DNA of 64,000 bases from Callorhinchus milii (taxonomy: Eukaryota): the NCBI RefSeq assembly GCF_018977255.1, contig NW_024704742.1:127288001-127352000 (forward strand). The letters are read 5' to 3'. The notes under the pieces were generated by a model that had not been told where the DNA came from, did not search any database, and was given only the letters and a program-made list of their open reading frames with translations. Within the stretch, counting starts at the first letter, position 1, and each line of letters starts with the position of its first letter. The position numbers and the translations under genes are program-made. This document shows, one piece after another, positions 1 to 12,400 of the stretch.

Positions 1-226
1 AGCAATAAACTGTTTATAATCCTTGCATTTGATACCGTGCATTATCATGTCATCGAGACATATCAAAGTGCTTCACAGGATTCTACTGTGAATTGAACTG
101 ACTGTATATTTATAGGCAAATGTGCTGGCCTCTTTTCACACAGCAGATTTCCCATAAACAGCCATGAAGTGAATGATCAATATTATCTGGAGGATAATCT
201 CCCTTTTTTTTCAGGTGCAGATGTGG

Positions 227-532
227 TAATAATCCTTGCATTTGATATAGCGCCTTATCATGTCTTTGAGACACCTCAAAGTGCTTCACAAAATATACTG
301 TAAAGTGAAATTACTGTACATTTTGTGGGCGAAACGGAGCAGCCAATTGCACACAGCAGTGTTCCACACAGTCGTGGATTGAAACACCATATTATTATTA
401 TTTTTTTTGAAGGAATTATTACTCCCGGAAAAGCGATCCGCCAATCAACTAACAACCGGGTTCCTACTTACTGCTAAGTAAGTAGAGGCGTGTGGAGTAA
501 GGAAACTTGCCTAACATTTCGCCCTGCTGGGA
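227..532 (-). mobile_element. tRNA-Deu-L2 SINE, long variant, 5'-truncated
   Basis: (TTA)n tail, Deu-like segment, extra internal block (gcagtaagtaggaacccggttg). Confidence 0.85.
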
Positions 533-640
533 CACTGATTTATATAAACAAACTAGATAGTTGTCTCTGTGGATTACAGGGTGGTGTAGGATAGTGGAGG
601 TCCAACATACTAGTTGTATGCAGTGGAATTGAAGGATAAT

Positions 641-956
641 GGAGTCCTGTAGCTCAGTAGTTGGAGCACTTGCCTCACAAGCGAGAGACCTGGGTTCGAT
701 TCCCGGCAGGGTGAAACCTTGGGCAAGCTTCCTTACTCCACACGCCTGATAATAATCCCTCAAGAAAAAAAAAATTATAATTCGATCACTCAATCCACAA
801 CTGATTGTGGGACACTACTGTGTGCAATTGGTTGCTGTGATTCGCCCACAAAAATACAGTCAATTCACTTTACAGTATATTCTGTGAAGCACTTTGAGTC
901 ATTCAGAAGTCGTGAAAAGTGCTATATCAAATTCAAGGATTATTATTATTATTATA
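641..956 (+). mobile_element. tRNA-derived SINE, short variant
   Basis: A box tagctcagtag, perfect B box GGTTCGATTCC at 693-703, Deu-like core, L2-like tail, (TTA)n end. Confidence 0.9.
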
Positions 957-1108
957 TGACTCTCCAATCACAAGGCAGAGTTCCAATTTTATCAAGCCAC
1001 AATGGAGGAGGGGTTAAAATACTTTTTAAAAGCAATAAGATGCTAACCATCAGTACTCACAAAACCTAGTATAGACCGGAATACTTTTAGAGATACTTTT
1101 ACTTTTAC

Positions 1109-1414
1109 TTGTCCCAGAGAGGATCGACTTCAATATCCTCACCCTTGTCTTCAAATTCCTCCACTCCTCTGAACCACCCTACCTCTCTGACCTCCTCTCT
1201 CCTCAAAACAGCGCCCGTTGTCTTCGTTCCTCCGGGTCTGGCCTCCTCCTCTTTTCCTATTTTCAGGTCTCTGCTGAAGACCTTTCTTTATGACCGTGCC
1301 TTTGGTCACCTTCCTCCCCCTCCTCCTGGCTCGGCCCCGGGATCCTTTATTGTGAAGCGCTCTGAGACGCCATCCGGCGTGGAAGGCGCTACATAAATCC
1401 AAGTTGTTGTTGTT
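1109..1414 (+). mobile_element. L2 LINE 3' fragment
   Basis: FRSLLKTFLY ORF2 C-terminal motif, L2-type 3' end and (GTT)n tail. Confidence 0.85.
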
Positions 1415-1449
1415 ATTACAGCCATTTTACAGATATTGCTGATACGAAC

Positions 1450-1645
1450 CTGATTAACAACTGGTTTGTATGTTGCAATAGAAAGCAGATCATCTATTTG
1501 GTTTGCATTGAAGTTGGATAGACCGATTGCTTTGGTCAAACCCTTTTCCACTAGTTTTTCCATGGCTTTCCAAGTGTCCTTGTAATCAGTATCAGAGTAA
1601 CGCATTGTTCCATCTTCATTCTTTGGAACTAGATTATCACCCCGT
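1450..1645 (-). CDS. AKR1A1: AKR1A1-type coding exon 4 (196 bp); later exons lie left of the window
   Basis: [65 protein letters not shown] (AKR signature). Phase continuous with exon 3. Confidence 0.95.
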
Positions 1646-2141
1646 CTAAAAGGACAGAAACAGTTAAATGGATGGGTAGGAGGCTGTTTGCTCTCTTGTT
1701 GGCATTTGATTTGCCTGGTGATAACAACAGCTTATAGCACGCCCTTCACGCATGGTACCGTCCTAGAGCAACTGTTGAGGATGATTTGTCCACTATTAGC
1801 AAACTGAATAGGGCTTGCATGCAGCAGCACTGTTTTTAAATGAGTAACATACAGATCCTGTAGATATAGTTAGAGGGTATGGGAGAGGGGATTAGAAGGG
1901 ATGAGGCTCATTTGGAGTAAAAGCAGCAGCTTAGAAGAGTTGGGCTGAATAGCCTGTTACTGTGCTATACAATATATGTGATTCTGTGCAATCCTTGGTG
2001 TCAGATTGACAACAACAACTTGCACTTATATAGTGCCCTCCATGCAGGGTAGTGGCTCAGAGTGTCACAAAGATACAATAGGGAACCCTGGCTGTCCAAA
2101 CAAATAAGGTCAAGACTGCAACTCTTCACTCCATCCCATTA

Positions 2142-2468
2142 TGTGGAGTCCTGTAGCTCAGTGGTTAGAGCACTCAATTTGCAAGTGAGAGACCTGAGTT
2201 CAATTCCAGGCAGAGGGCGAAACCTTGGGCAAGTTTCCTTACTCCACACAGAGCCTAATAATAATCCCTCCAAAACCAAAAACAATAATAAATTGGTCAT
2301 TTTCAATCTACGACTGTTTGTGGGACATTGCTGTGCGCAATTGGCTACCGCGTTCGCCCACAAATATACAGTCAATTCACTTTACAGTGTGTTCTGTGAA
2401 GCGCTTTGGGACGTCCTCCCGACGTGAAAAGCGCTATATCAAATGCAAGGATTATTATTATTATTATT
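2142..2468 (+). mobile_element. tRNA-derived SINE, full-length young copy
   Basis: A box TAGCTCAGTGG and B box; nearly identical to copies at 52164, 55613 and 60887. Confidence 0.92.
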
Positions 2469-2872
2469 AAGATTTGGGAGGTTTATAATGGTAATAATGG
2501 TTGTCTCAAAACTCAAAACACTGTTCTGAAGGCTAATTTGTTGTATTTCTAAATTTCTTATATCCATGGAACTCGGTGTCAGAAATAGGTTGTATTAGAA
2601 TTGATTTCCCGTGGGTTGGTGTGACATATTTCTGGTTACTAGAAGGAGTTTCCCATTTACGCAACATAAATTTTTTATCGAGGAATCTCGTTAAGAACCA
2701 CCACAAATTATACGCCATATTCTACCTTTCTGTACCATGATGGACACATCCAACTCTTTGCTATCTCATTGGTTGTTTCACAGAGAATCAGTTGAAGATC
2801 TAAGTGTATATAGTTCGCCCTTTAGTACATGACGCGTAACACTGGAGAAAAGACACTGAGGCTAGAGTCAGG

Positions 2873-3260
2873 AAGATAAGAAGATAAGAATTTGCTAGAC
2901 AAAAGCCAAAGTTCCATCCAATTCGCCTTCCATCATCCTAGCAGTCGCTTGCATATGTCAAACTGTATCCCACAATATTTTATTTCCCAAAAGGAATCTA
3001 TTGAATTTGCTTTTGAAAGTAAGTTAGATAAATTAGATAGGAAAGCAGGTACACGAGGAGGCCAGTTTATTAGATCTTGGCAGATCTTTTCATCCCAAAG
3101 CGACACTCTATTGCCATAACCCTTAATACCTCTACTATCCATCTGTCTATCTCTCTTATTCCACCCTTTCTGGATCAGGGCATTCCACATCATTGCAAAT
3201 CTCTGCGTGAAGAAGAACGCCTCCTAACCTCAATTCTAACTTTCTAGTTCTGATATTCCA
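2873..3260 (-). mobile_element. Older CR1-like 3' end
   Basis: Remnant resembling FFTQR...WNAL and an 8-bp-unit tail. Confidence 0.55.
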
Positions 3261-3481
3261 TACTCTGTAAATACATTTATTAACTCAGTCTGTGATCGAC
3301 CTAAATGTGGGATTACAACAACAACAATAACAAGATTACATTTGTATAGTGCCTTTCAATTACAGTTTGCATTGTTGAGCAAGCCTGGGAAAAGTTACAC
3401 CACATAGGAAAATCCATTGTGGTTGGAATTATCCTTGCTAATGTAGTGCATTGTAAATTGAAGCAGGGCATTGGTACCTAC

Positions 3482-3633
3482 TCAAACGCCATAGGCCAAT
3501 GAATCAAATACAGATCCAGGTATTCCAGCTGTAGATCTTGCAGTGTTTTACGGCACGCTGGCTCCACGTCCTCTGGGTGATGTTTGGTGTTCCACAATTT
3601 GGATGTTACAAAAATGTCCTCACGCTTGATGGA
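3482..3633 (-). CDS. AKR1A1: AKR1A1-type coding exon 3 (152 bp)
   Basis: [50 protein letters not shown](E), containing the catalytic Lys and His. Canonical AG/GT. Confidence 0.95.
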
Positions 3634-3654
3634 CTAAAGAGAGAACAAGGCAAA

Positions 3655-4165
3655 TACAATACAACAATTACATTTGTCTAGCGCCTTTCACGTCAGGAGG
3701 ACGTCCCAAGGCGCTGGACAGTCTAGGATTTGTACCCGAGTGGGGGGAGACGGGGATTGGGGTAAGGGAGGATGGAAGGCCAGTGGGTGGCTGAAGAGGA
3801 GGGTGTTGAGACGTGCCTTGAAGGAAGCAAGGTGGGGAGGAGGGTGAAGGGAATGTGGGATGTAGTTCAAAAGGATGGGGGCAGAGAGACTGAAGGTCCG
3901 ATTGATGATGGTGGGGCGTGCCGGGTGGGGGACATGGAGCAGGCTGGAGCCTGCTGAGTGGAGAGAGCAGACAGGTTGATAAGGGTTTAGCAGGTCACTG
4001 AGGTAGGAAGGGGCAAGGCCGTGGAGGGCCTTGAAGGCAAGGACGAGGATTTTGAAATCTATCCTCTGAAGGATGGGGAGCCAGTGGAGCCGGGCGAGGG
4101 AGAGATGATGGGGTCACGGAGCCTGGTGCGGGAGAGGACTCGAGTTGGGAAGACCGACAAGGAGT
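3655..4165 (-). mobile_element. L2 LINE 3' fragment
   Basis: ARVLSRTR / FKARLNTLLF-type motifs and L2 tail. Confidence 0.85.
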
Positions 4166-4484
4166 GTGTTTTTTTGCTACAATTAATTTTTATTTTCTGT
4201 TGCAGATGGGTTGAGTGTAACATGAGTATTCCCAGGTTATAAAGTGACCACTTTTTTAACATGGGCAACATCTTTTTCCGGAGTCAGTTAGCTCTTCAAT
4301 ACTGCCAGTGACCTGGTCAATGTATCCAGAAGCTGGAGATGCCAGGTGAATGAAACCCATGGCATTCAACAGATCTCTGACTACTTTTCATGGCATAAAA
4401 TACACTTTATTTTTATTGGTGAAAAGGCCCATGTGATATAGCAACACCTCATCAATGGGAGTTGAGTTCCTTTGGTATCTTTAC

Positions 4485-4604
4485 CTTATCAGCTCCCACT
4501 TTTTCATGGAAAGCTTCTCCAACTTCATGCTCATTGCTGTAAGCATAAGCACAGTCTAAATGCTGGTAGCCAGCTTCAAGGGCACACCAGACTGCTGATT
4601 TCAG
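4485..4604 (-). CDS. AKR1A1: AKR1A1-type coding exon 2 (120 bp)
   Basis: Hand-translated [40 protein letters not shown], containing the catalytic Asp and Tyr. AG/GT boundaries, phase 0/0. Absent from the ORF track. Confidence 0.93.
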
Positions 4605-4738
4605 CTGAATGAAGGCAAATAAGAAATATTTCTATGTTTGGGTAATCTAATATTTTGATTAAAAGATGATAATAATGGAATTGAAAAGGTACTTCTCAGT
4701 AATGGCCAATACATATAATAAACATTTACATTTGCATA

Positions 4739-5500
4739 CAACAACAACAAAATTACATTTGTATAGCGCCTTTCACGTTGGATGTCCCAAGGTGCTGGAC
4801 AGACAGAGTTACTGACCCAAGCTGGGGGTCGGGGTGGGGGAGGGTGGAGGCCGGCGGGGGGTAAGCAGGGAGGTCGAAAGCATAGTTGAAGAGGGTCTTG
4901 AGGTGGGTCTTGAAGGTGGCGAGGGAGGCGGTGGGACGGAGTGACTGTGGGATGGAGTTCCAGAGGGTGGGTGCAGAGTGGCGGAAGGCCCGCCCGCCAA
5001 TAGTGGGGTGAGCAAGACGGGTGCCGTGAAGCAGGCCAGAGCCCGCTGAGTGGAAGGAGCGAACAGGATGGTAGGGGGTTAGGAGGTCGGAGAGGTAGGG
5101 GAGAGCAAGACCGTGGAGGGCTTTGAAGGTAATGACCAGGATCTTGAAGGTAATGACTAGGATGTATCCTCTGTGTGATGGGAAGTTAGTGGAGTCAGGC
5201 GAGGATGGGGGTGATAGGGTGGCGGAGCCTGGTGCAGGAGAGGACACGGGCTGCAGAGTTCTGGATGATCTGCAGCCTGTGAAGGGAGGAGTTGGGGGGG
5301 GCCCGACAAAAAGTGAGTTTGCATAGTCGAGCCTCGATGTAATGTAATGAACATAATGCATAATTGGAAAGATGTCCCAAAGCGCTTAACGTTGTTGGCT
5401 GGGAACCCAAGCTGGGGGTGGGGAGGGGAAAGATGAGAACTGTAAGTGTGGTTAAAGAGGTAGGTCTTGAGAGCGCCCTTGAACAAAGTGAGGGAATGGA
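4739..5500 (-). mobile_element. Two adjacent L2 LINE 3' fragments
   Basis: ITSRLDYANSL, LQIIQNSAARVL, APTLWNSIP, FKTHLKTLF. Confidence 0.88.
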
Positions 5501-6571
5501 GAAAGGGCCTTGCAATGTAAACTGTGTTTGTGTAGGAATTTCTACATGTTACGTCAACTCCTGAAGCCTAGACTCCCACCCAGGAGCTCCACAGAGAAAA
5601 CATCTTTTTCTGGTGATAAGGTGATAAGGGCCTAGTGATGCTACTGTTTTTCTCAGGAACCCATCTTAAACTCCATTGTCTCTTCACCTCGGGAATTCTC
5701 AGGTTGAAATTAAGCCCGGACTGATGGAATTCAATCTGGTCTCACATGGTAACTGGATGGGTTAGAAATGATGGGAGTTTGAGAAATGTGAACCCATTTC
5801 CCAGTGGTCGTGGATCAATAGAACAAATCCACTCATACACAACAACAAAGTGCGTTTATATAGCACCGTGCCTGCAGGATAGCATCTCAGAATGCTGTAC
5901 AGTGGCAAGGTTCAATGTTGAATAAGGGAGAAGGAGAGAGGGAGATGACAAAAGGTGAGGTCAAAGAGGTAGATCTTAAACACACATTGACTATCTCACT
6001 TAAAAAGGCCATATGAAATTAAAGAATTTACACTGATGTAGGGTTTTTCTGAGGTTGAGGGTTGGCAATATTGAGGAGAAATTTCACCTGGGTCTAGATT
6101 ACAAATTATTGCACTGAACCTTAACTTTGAAGCAAGGTTTCTGTAGTTCTTAAAAGAATTTACAAAAAAGCTTTCAAAATGAAGACAGTATTTACTAATT
6201 TGACAGATTATGAATGTTCTGAAAAGCCAAGAATAAAGAATTAATCCAGACCAACGTGAAATTTCCGCAAGTCAGTGTACTTCAATGCAACCAGTAAGTG
6301 CAATATTGGTGTTATGAGTTAGGAGATGATTTGCACAGGATTTAGGATTATTTGGGACCATGAAATTGTTATGAATTAACCGTTTATCTGACTTATAAAA
6401 TATGACTACTGCAAAGAAATCTAAGCGTTTTTTGGTAGAGAACTGAATGGGACTCAGGTCATGTACAATTTAGGTGATTATATACGATTTATAAGGAAGC
6501 GACTTGTGCAAGTTTTACTGTAGGTATATCGATTGACTAACATACAAATACCAGAGTTTTTAGCGTAGTAC

Positions 6572-6655
6572 CTGGCCAGGCGAACTCTTCCATGTTCCTA
6601 GACCAACCAATGGCATTTTCTGCCCTGTTCCCAGTGTGACATAGACACAACTCAT
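6572..6655 (-). CDS. AKR1A1: Aldo-keto reductase AKR1A1-type, coding exon 1 (84 bp)
   Basis: Encodes [28 protein letters not shown] with the AKR GLGTWK motif. GT donor at 6571-6570; candidate AG acceptor at 6666-6665 implies an upstream non-coding exon. Confidence 0.93.
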
Positions 6656-7156
6656 TTTCAATACCTGCTTAGAATTGTGCGTAATTTTGTCAATACAACA
6701 TTGAGAATATACAAGTCTGTAAAAACACAAAATACAGTGCAACCCTGTTGCACTAAAACCCCCGATTAAGACACACATGTCTGTCATTCATGGTTGCTTG
6801 GACATAGTTTAAGCTCCCAATATTGAAATGCAGTGTCCCAGTGCAGATGGCATGGTTTCCATGGTGATTTGCAGGGATTAGCTCAAACTGTACTTTGGAA
6901 CGGATATGTGATACATGGAGAACAATCTATTTCTTAAAGAATTCCTGACCACTGAATGGTTACAGATCTTCATTCGCAGTAATTTGTATTTATATTCAAA
7001 GTAAATGAACTAAAAAAAGTTACGTGTTATTTGCTAGTTTTTCCATAAATATTTAAAAATCCTGTGTTTGACAAGGATTAGTTCACAATGAATAGATAAC
7101 AGTCAATCTGACAGGCCTTTCAGCTGTTGTTTTCCATGTCCGAGTTTCAAAATGTC

Positions 7157-7195
7157 TGCTGAGTCAGCCAGTCCACAACCTCGCAAAATGGCTGC
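7157..7195. promoter_or_regulatory. ARE/MARE (Nrf2-sMaf) motif plus YY1 motif upstream of AKR coding exon 1
   Basis: TGCTGAGTCAGCC at 7157-7169 (minus strand TGACTCAGCA) and CAAAATGGCTGC at 7184-7195. Confidence 0.5.
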
Positions 7196-8856
7196 TGATT
7201 ATTCATCAATAATCGGTGAATATTGGGATTCGGTTTGTTCCCAGTTTGTCTGACTTGTGTAAATTGTCATGTTCAGTCCTGATTTCTACTGAATGTGCAG
7301 AAGGTTTGGGGGGGGAGGGTGGTAAGAGAGGAGGTTTTTAACAAAGGAAACTACACCAGTTTACTTTTAACATACAATATGTTTTGGGTTCCTTGCTGAC
7401 TTTGTTGTTTCACTTGCTTTTCCATTGCATTTCCTCTATTTGTGCAGATTTTGAATCTAAGTGCAGTTTCCATGTTTTCCAATTGTTTCCATGCTAAAAA
7501 TATTGGGAAGATATATTCTGGTGCTCCCAGGAAGAAATTATACCACTTTGCAATTCTCGTACAAACATGGAGCTTACCCAAATACTGTACCATATCCCTT
7601 CCCATTCAAATCCCATTATATAGAATTCATGATCCAGTAAATTGGTAAATGTACAATGGTTTCTTTTAATGTTTTTTTAAAAAACATGTTTTAACAGTTG
7701 TGACGGTCTCAAAACTGCTTATTGCAATCTCACGAAGAAAATACTTTTTCTCACAAACTGGCCGAGAGAATGTTGAGAGCAATGTCCCCAGATAACCTGG
7801 AGCAAGGAAAACAGCGGCTGACACAGTGACATTGGCCAAGGTTAGGGAGCAAATTGCAAGATACCTTCTGTAGATCTTTAGATCTTGAGAAACATTGAGT
7901 GTTTCTCAAACAATATAGCTGTACTTGTAAATGTTATTTTTATTGTTCTTATATCACTGTAAATAATTTTAGAGCTCTTGCCCCATATCAGTTAAAGAAA
8001 GAATGCTCTGGGTTAAAAAAAAACATAGAAAAGTTTTGATAACTAAGATAAGCGAGAAATACTTACTATTTTATGGCAGAGAGTAAAGCAGGAGACTGGT
8101 AAGCAGGTTGTCTGAGGTACAAAGACTGACAAATTTCTCTGCTCGTGCTTTTTTACCTGCTTCTGCTCAAAAAGTTTAGTTTTGTAAATAATTGATGAAA
8201 ACCAGTAAAATCTGTTAGTTGCCAAAAATCTAACAGGATTAGTTAAAGGATCACAGTTTAAACTAGAGAGTCAAATAATCTGCAGCAGTTTGTTCCCAAC
8301 GGATCCTTTGTCAACCATACCCCCGCAGGAGAAATTAATTCACGCAAATTCACCTGTGGAACAGAATGGGAGGACGGTATTTTAGAAGGTTGTGATGAAA
8401 TGGGCCTTCTTCATATGAACCTCTCGTTGTGTGTTGCAGCCTCAAATGCACAGTGCTGTAGGGTAGCAATTATACCACTGATAATCCCTGCATGTTGATT
8501 TAAACTGTCCTTCAGTAGGGAGGTGCAGAGTAGAGGTAAAGCCCTTCCTCACAAGCAAGGGAAAATGAAAAGTAATCCCAGGTCACTGTTGTTCAGAGCA
8601 GAATAGTTCAAAGTAGAGCAAATCTGACGTAGTAATAATCTTTGCATTCGATATCATGTTGAAACATCTTACCACACTTCAGTGAGAACAGAATAGTCAA
8701 TCCACTTTACAGTATATCCCGTGACGTCCTTTGAGATGTATTGAAGATGTGATAAAACATTACATCAAACAAAAGGATTGTTATCATGTTGCAACCAAAC
8801 ATGGCAGCCAATTTTCACATAGGAATGTTCCGCTAAGTCAACAGGTCAGAGATGTA

Positions 8857-9418
8857 AGCTAAAGACCCTCCTTTTTGACTGCACCTTCAACCGCCTTCTT
8901 AGCCCTCTGCCCTCCCTCAGCCCAACCCTGGCCCCTCACGCTCGCGTCCTGATCCCTGACTGTTCACCACCTTGAGACGTCCTCCCGATGTGAAAGGCAC
9001 TTTACAAGTGTAATTTTTGTTATTTTGTTGTGAGGTGAAAGATCAATTTACCTGGAGAATTATTGCCCCCTCCTACATCTCTGACCTGCTGACCCCCTAT
9101 CAACTTGTCTGCTCCCTCTACTCGCAGGCTCTGGCCTGCTCCAGGTCTCCCGCCTGACCCGCCCCACAATCGGCGACCGGGCTTTCAGCCTCTCTGCCCC
9201 CATTCTTTGGAACCCCATCCCACAATCCTTTCACCTTGCACCCTCTTACCTCCCTTCAAGGCACGACTCAAGACCCTCCTTTTTGACAGCGCCTTCAGCC
9301 GCCTTCTTTCCCTTTCTGCCCTCCACGCTCGGGTCCTGACCCTTGACTGTTCAAACCCTTGGGATGTCCTCCCGATGTGGAAGGCGCGTTACAAATGTCA
9401 TTTTTGTTATTGTTGTTG
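8857..9418 (+). mobile_element. Two L2 3' fragments
   Basis: FKARLKTLLFDSAF and L2 tails ending at ~9030 and ~9418. Confidence 0.8.
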
Positions 9419-12400
9419 CATTGGCTAGGATACTGGGAGAAACACTTCTCTACCCTCTGTTGGGAGAGCGCATGGAGAGGCAGTTTCTAACAACAGGAGC
9501 AAACACATGAAAAAAGGCTCATTGTTATAAAAAAAATCTACATTTAAGAGATTGGTATTCTGTACGTGGTTTCCCAGAAGGCAATTGATAAGGTGCCATA
9601 CAAGAAACATCTTGAGAAAAATGAAAGGATATATTAAGGAGTTTGGCAGCATAGCTCACAGGACTATTAATTACATTCATTTTCCTGTTATTGGGATCAA
9701 GCTAATGGGTTCATAGTTTCTAGGCAAGGAATGACTGTCAGCATTTATGATTCTGGGAACCACATTTGCTTGTTTTCTGCATATTGAAAGGTAATTTTAT
9801 TTTTTTAAATATATTTTCAAAAAATTCCTCATTCAGTAAGCCATCTGCTGATTTTAATGTGGTTATTAAACTGTGCTGCTCAAACAAAATAGCAAATGCT
9901 TTCGAAGAAAGCCCTGAGACTTTCATTCAGCTGTCAGTATTCTTATCAATAAAAACACTAAAAGGAAACTACATTTTCCACCATTCATTGAATATGAAGT
10001 CTCTAAACAAGCAATATAAACTTTTATGCAGTATATATTAAGCTAAATAGTTTTACAACACATTCTTACATTTTGGCAAAAGAAGTTCATTGGTTTAGTC
10101 AACAATAAAAATACAGCTTGAAAGTTGTTGTTAGTGACAAACCATTATGTCTGAGGTTTTTCTGATTGGTGCAGTTTTGGGACTAGCAGCACAGGAGGAG
10201 TTCTAACACAGTAACAATCGGTGGTTGTAACATGACCACATATGGCCTCGCAAATTGGAAAACATTTATGATGAGGGAAGCACGGTCATTAGATATGCCG
10301 AAAGGCTACCATATCTGGTTAAAACTGTTTGTATTACTCATATAGTTGTAGCATTTACAACGCTGGAAAAAATGTAGTTGAAAAACAGATTTGATGAAGT
10401 CATCTAAAACCATATTAACTCTTATTGGTGAATCTGATTTAACCGTGCAAACTTGTTTGATAAGTGTAAAGCTATGAGAACTCCCAATAATTAAAGCATG
10501 AGGTCTTTGTTTTGCAAACTGTTCCCTAAATATTATTGAAAGTTTTTGTTCTTCTGGGGTAGGGGCAGCAATCAAAAGTGTATAAATTGCTTAACAATTT
10601 TGTGTGACGTGCGTGATGTATATAAAGCATTATAGTGCTATACCAATAAACAAACTTCAGCAAAGAATTTCTGGAGCAATGCCCAGTATCATCCATTGTT
10701 TTGTAGCAGTAAGTTAATATCTTTGCTATAGCAACGACTAGTGCTAAATTTGAACTTGGAGCAGATTTGATGGGCTGAATGACCTTTTCTTTTTCTGTGG
10801 TGTAACATTCCATGATTGTGTTAATAATTGCTGAAAATTCAAAGCACTCAGCATAACTATATGTAGTTTTCACAAATCAATAGGCTACAAAATACAGCCA
10901 AATTAAAAACTGGAACTTGGTATCACAAGTAGTTGTGATGTTCCCATCAATCAGAAAATAATAATGTTATACTAATAATCCTCGCATTTGATATAGGTCT
11001 CCGAGACGTCTCAATACACTTCACAGAATATATTTTAAAGTTAACTAACTGTATATTTTATAGTTTTATAGTTTTCCCTTCCTCATAAAAATATATTACA
11101 AATCTTCAGCTAAATATCAGAGCTCAAAGACATCAGAAATACTGACATGTCAAAATATTCTAAGCACATGCTCAATATTACAATCATATTCAGAGTACTG
11201 TGTGCAATTGTTAATCCTGCTCAGCAACTCTACAATAATTATCGGCATATTCTAATATTCTAAACAATTAATCTATAATTATTGGTTGAACACTAAGGGG
11301 GACAGATTATTGACTGAAAGGTTCAGAGGTTGATTGTAAGTTCGTGCAGCTGAGCTATTTGTAGGACATTTTGTAAAGGACAAAGATTACCAGCTGCTAA
11401 GTTTATTAGCAAACCTCTTTGGTAGAAGTAGAGAGAGAGAAATGTCTGACTTTATTTTTCCAAGAAGCATTCTTCACATACCACCATAGTTAAGCCAGGC
11501 TTGGTTCATCATTTGAGTAAACAAAATTGCCATCACTGATTCCACTAACAATGCCCATAATATTTCAGCACCAATTAATCAGCTCTTCCTGCTCCATTAT
11601 GAATAGGGAGTAAAGTACATGCATTGAAGAGGCATTGAAAGAGGGACCGAGTTGTTCAATGACACTTTGTTCAATAGCCGCCTTTGTACAATGACACACC
11701 AGAACACAATCATATTGTTGTCCGAAACACTGTCTAGTCATGTACTACATCTTCAAGGTGTCTCAGGCCCAGTTGTATCGCTTATGTTGACTGATGTACA
11801 AAGTGGTCTGTCCAGTCTTCTTGGACTAAGCCCACCTGCTTCTTATATGGATAATTGACTAATACATCAGCATCAATTAAAGTGATGAGTGAAATAAGGT
11901 GGCATCTCAAGGTTTGCTGGGCACTTCCCACGATGATGGGAAGTCACCTTGATGCCAAGCTAAACCCACAAACAACTTGCTGCTTTTGTCCCTGCTTCAA
12001 TCTGTGGGTGAAACCTAGCACCTTTGATATAGATATAGAATTGTTTGATGCTCTGCGAGTGCAGCTCAAATTCCTTCAGCTGTTCCTCTGTGTTGTAGTT
12101 CTGGGGTGAACTAACAGGTGGAGCCAGACAGATTGGTAGAAAACTATTCTTTAAGCTATGGGGTTGGCACCCAGATCCATCGATTCCATTTCTACCTCAC
12201 TGGTAAAGTAAATTATTCTGAAACCAGTGTTGAAAGAAATGTAGGTATTATTCTCCAAAGGACCCATGAGTGGTCCTGGTGGTTATGAAGGCTGTTGGTA
12301 AATAATGTGTTCCTTGCTGGAATTTCTGCCACATAAATCAAATGGTTTAAACTCCTGCTCCAGTAAAGGACTTCACTCTTGAATTCAGATTTCCATATTT

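Noticed and set aside
641..712. tRNA-like sequences with A and B boxes (also 2142, 55934, 60887)
   Set aside because: They continue into SINE bodies and have imperfect cloverleaves, so they are SINE heads, not tRNA genes.
2062..2470. Recurring ORFs such as MGKFPYSTQSLIII... and ...[10 protein letters not shown]
   Set aside because: Translations of SINE copies, not a gene family.
11460..12300. Faint resemblance to a piggyBac transposase N-terminus
   Set aside because: No convincing catalytic motifs, TIRs or TTAA duplications; too weak to name.
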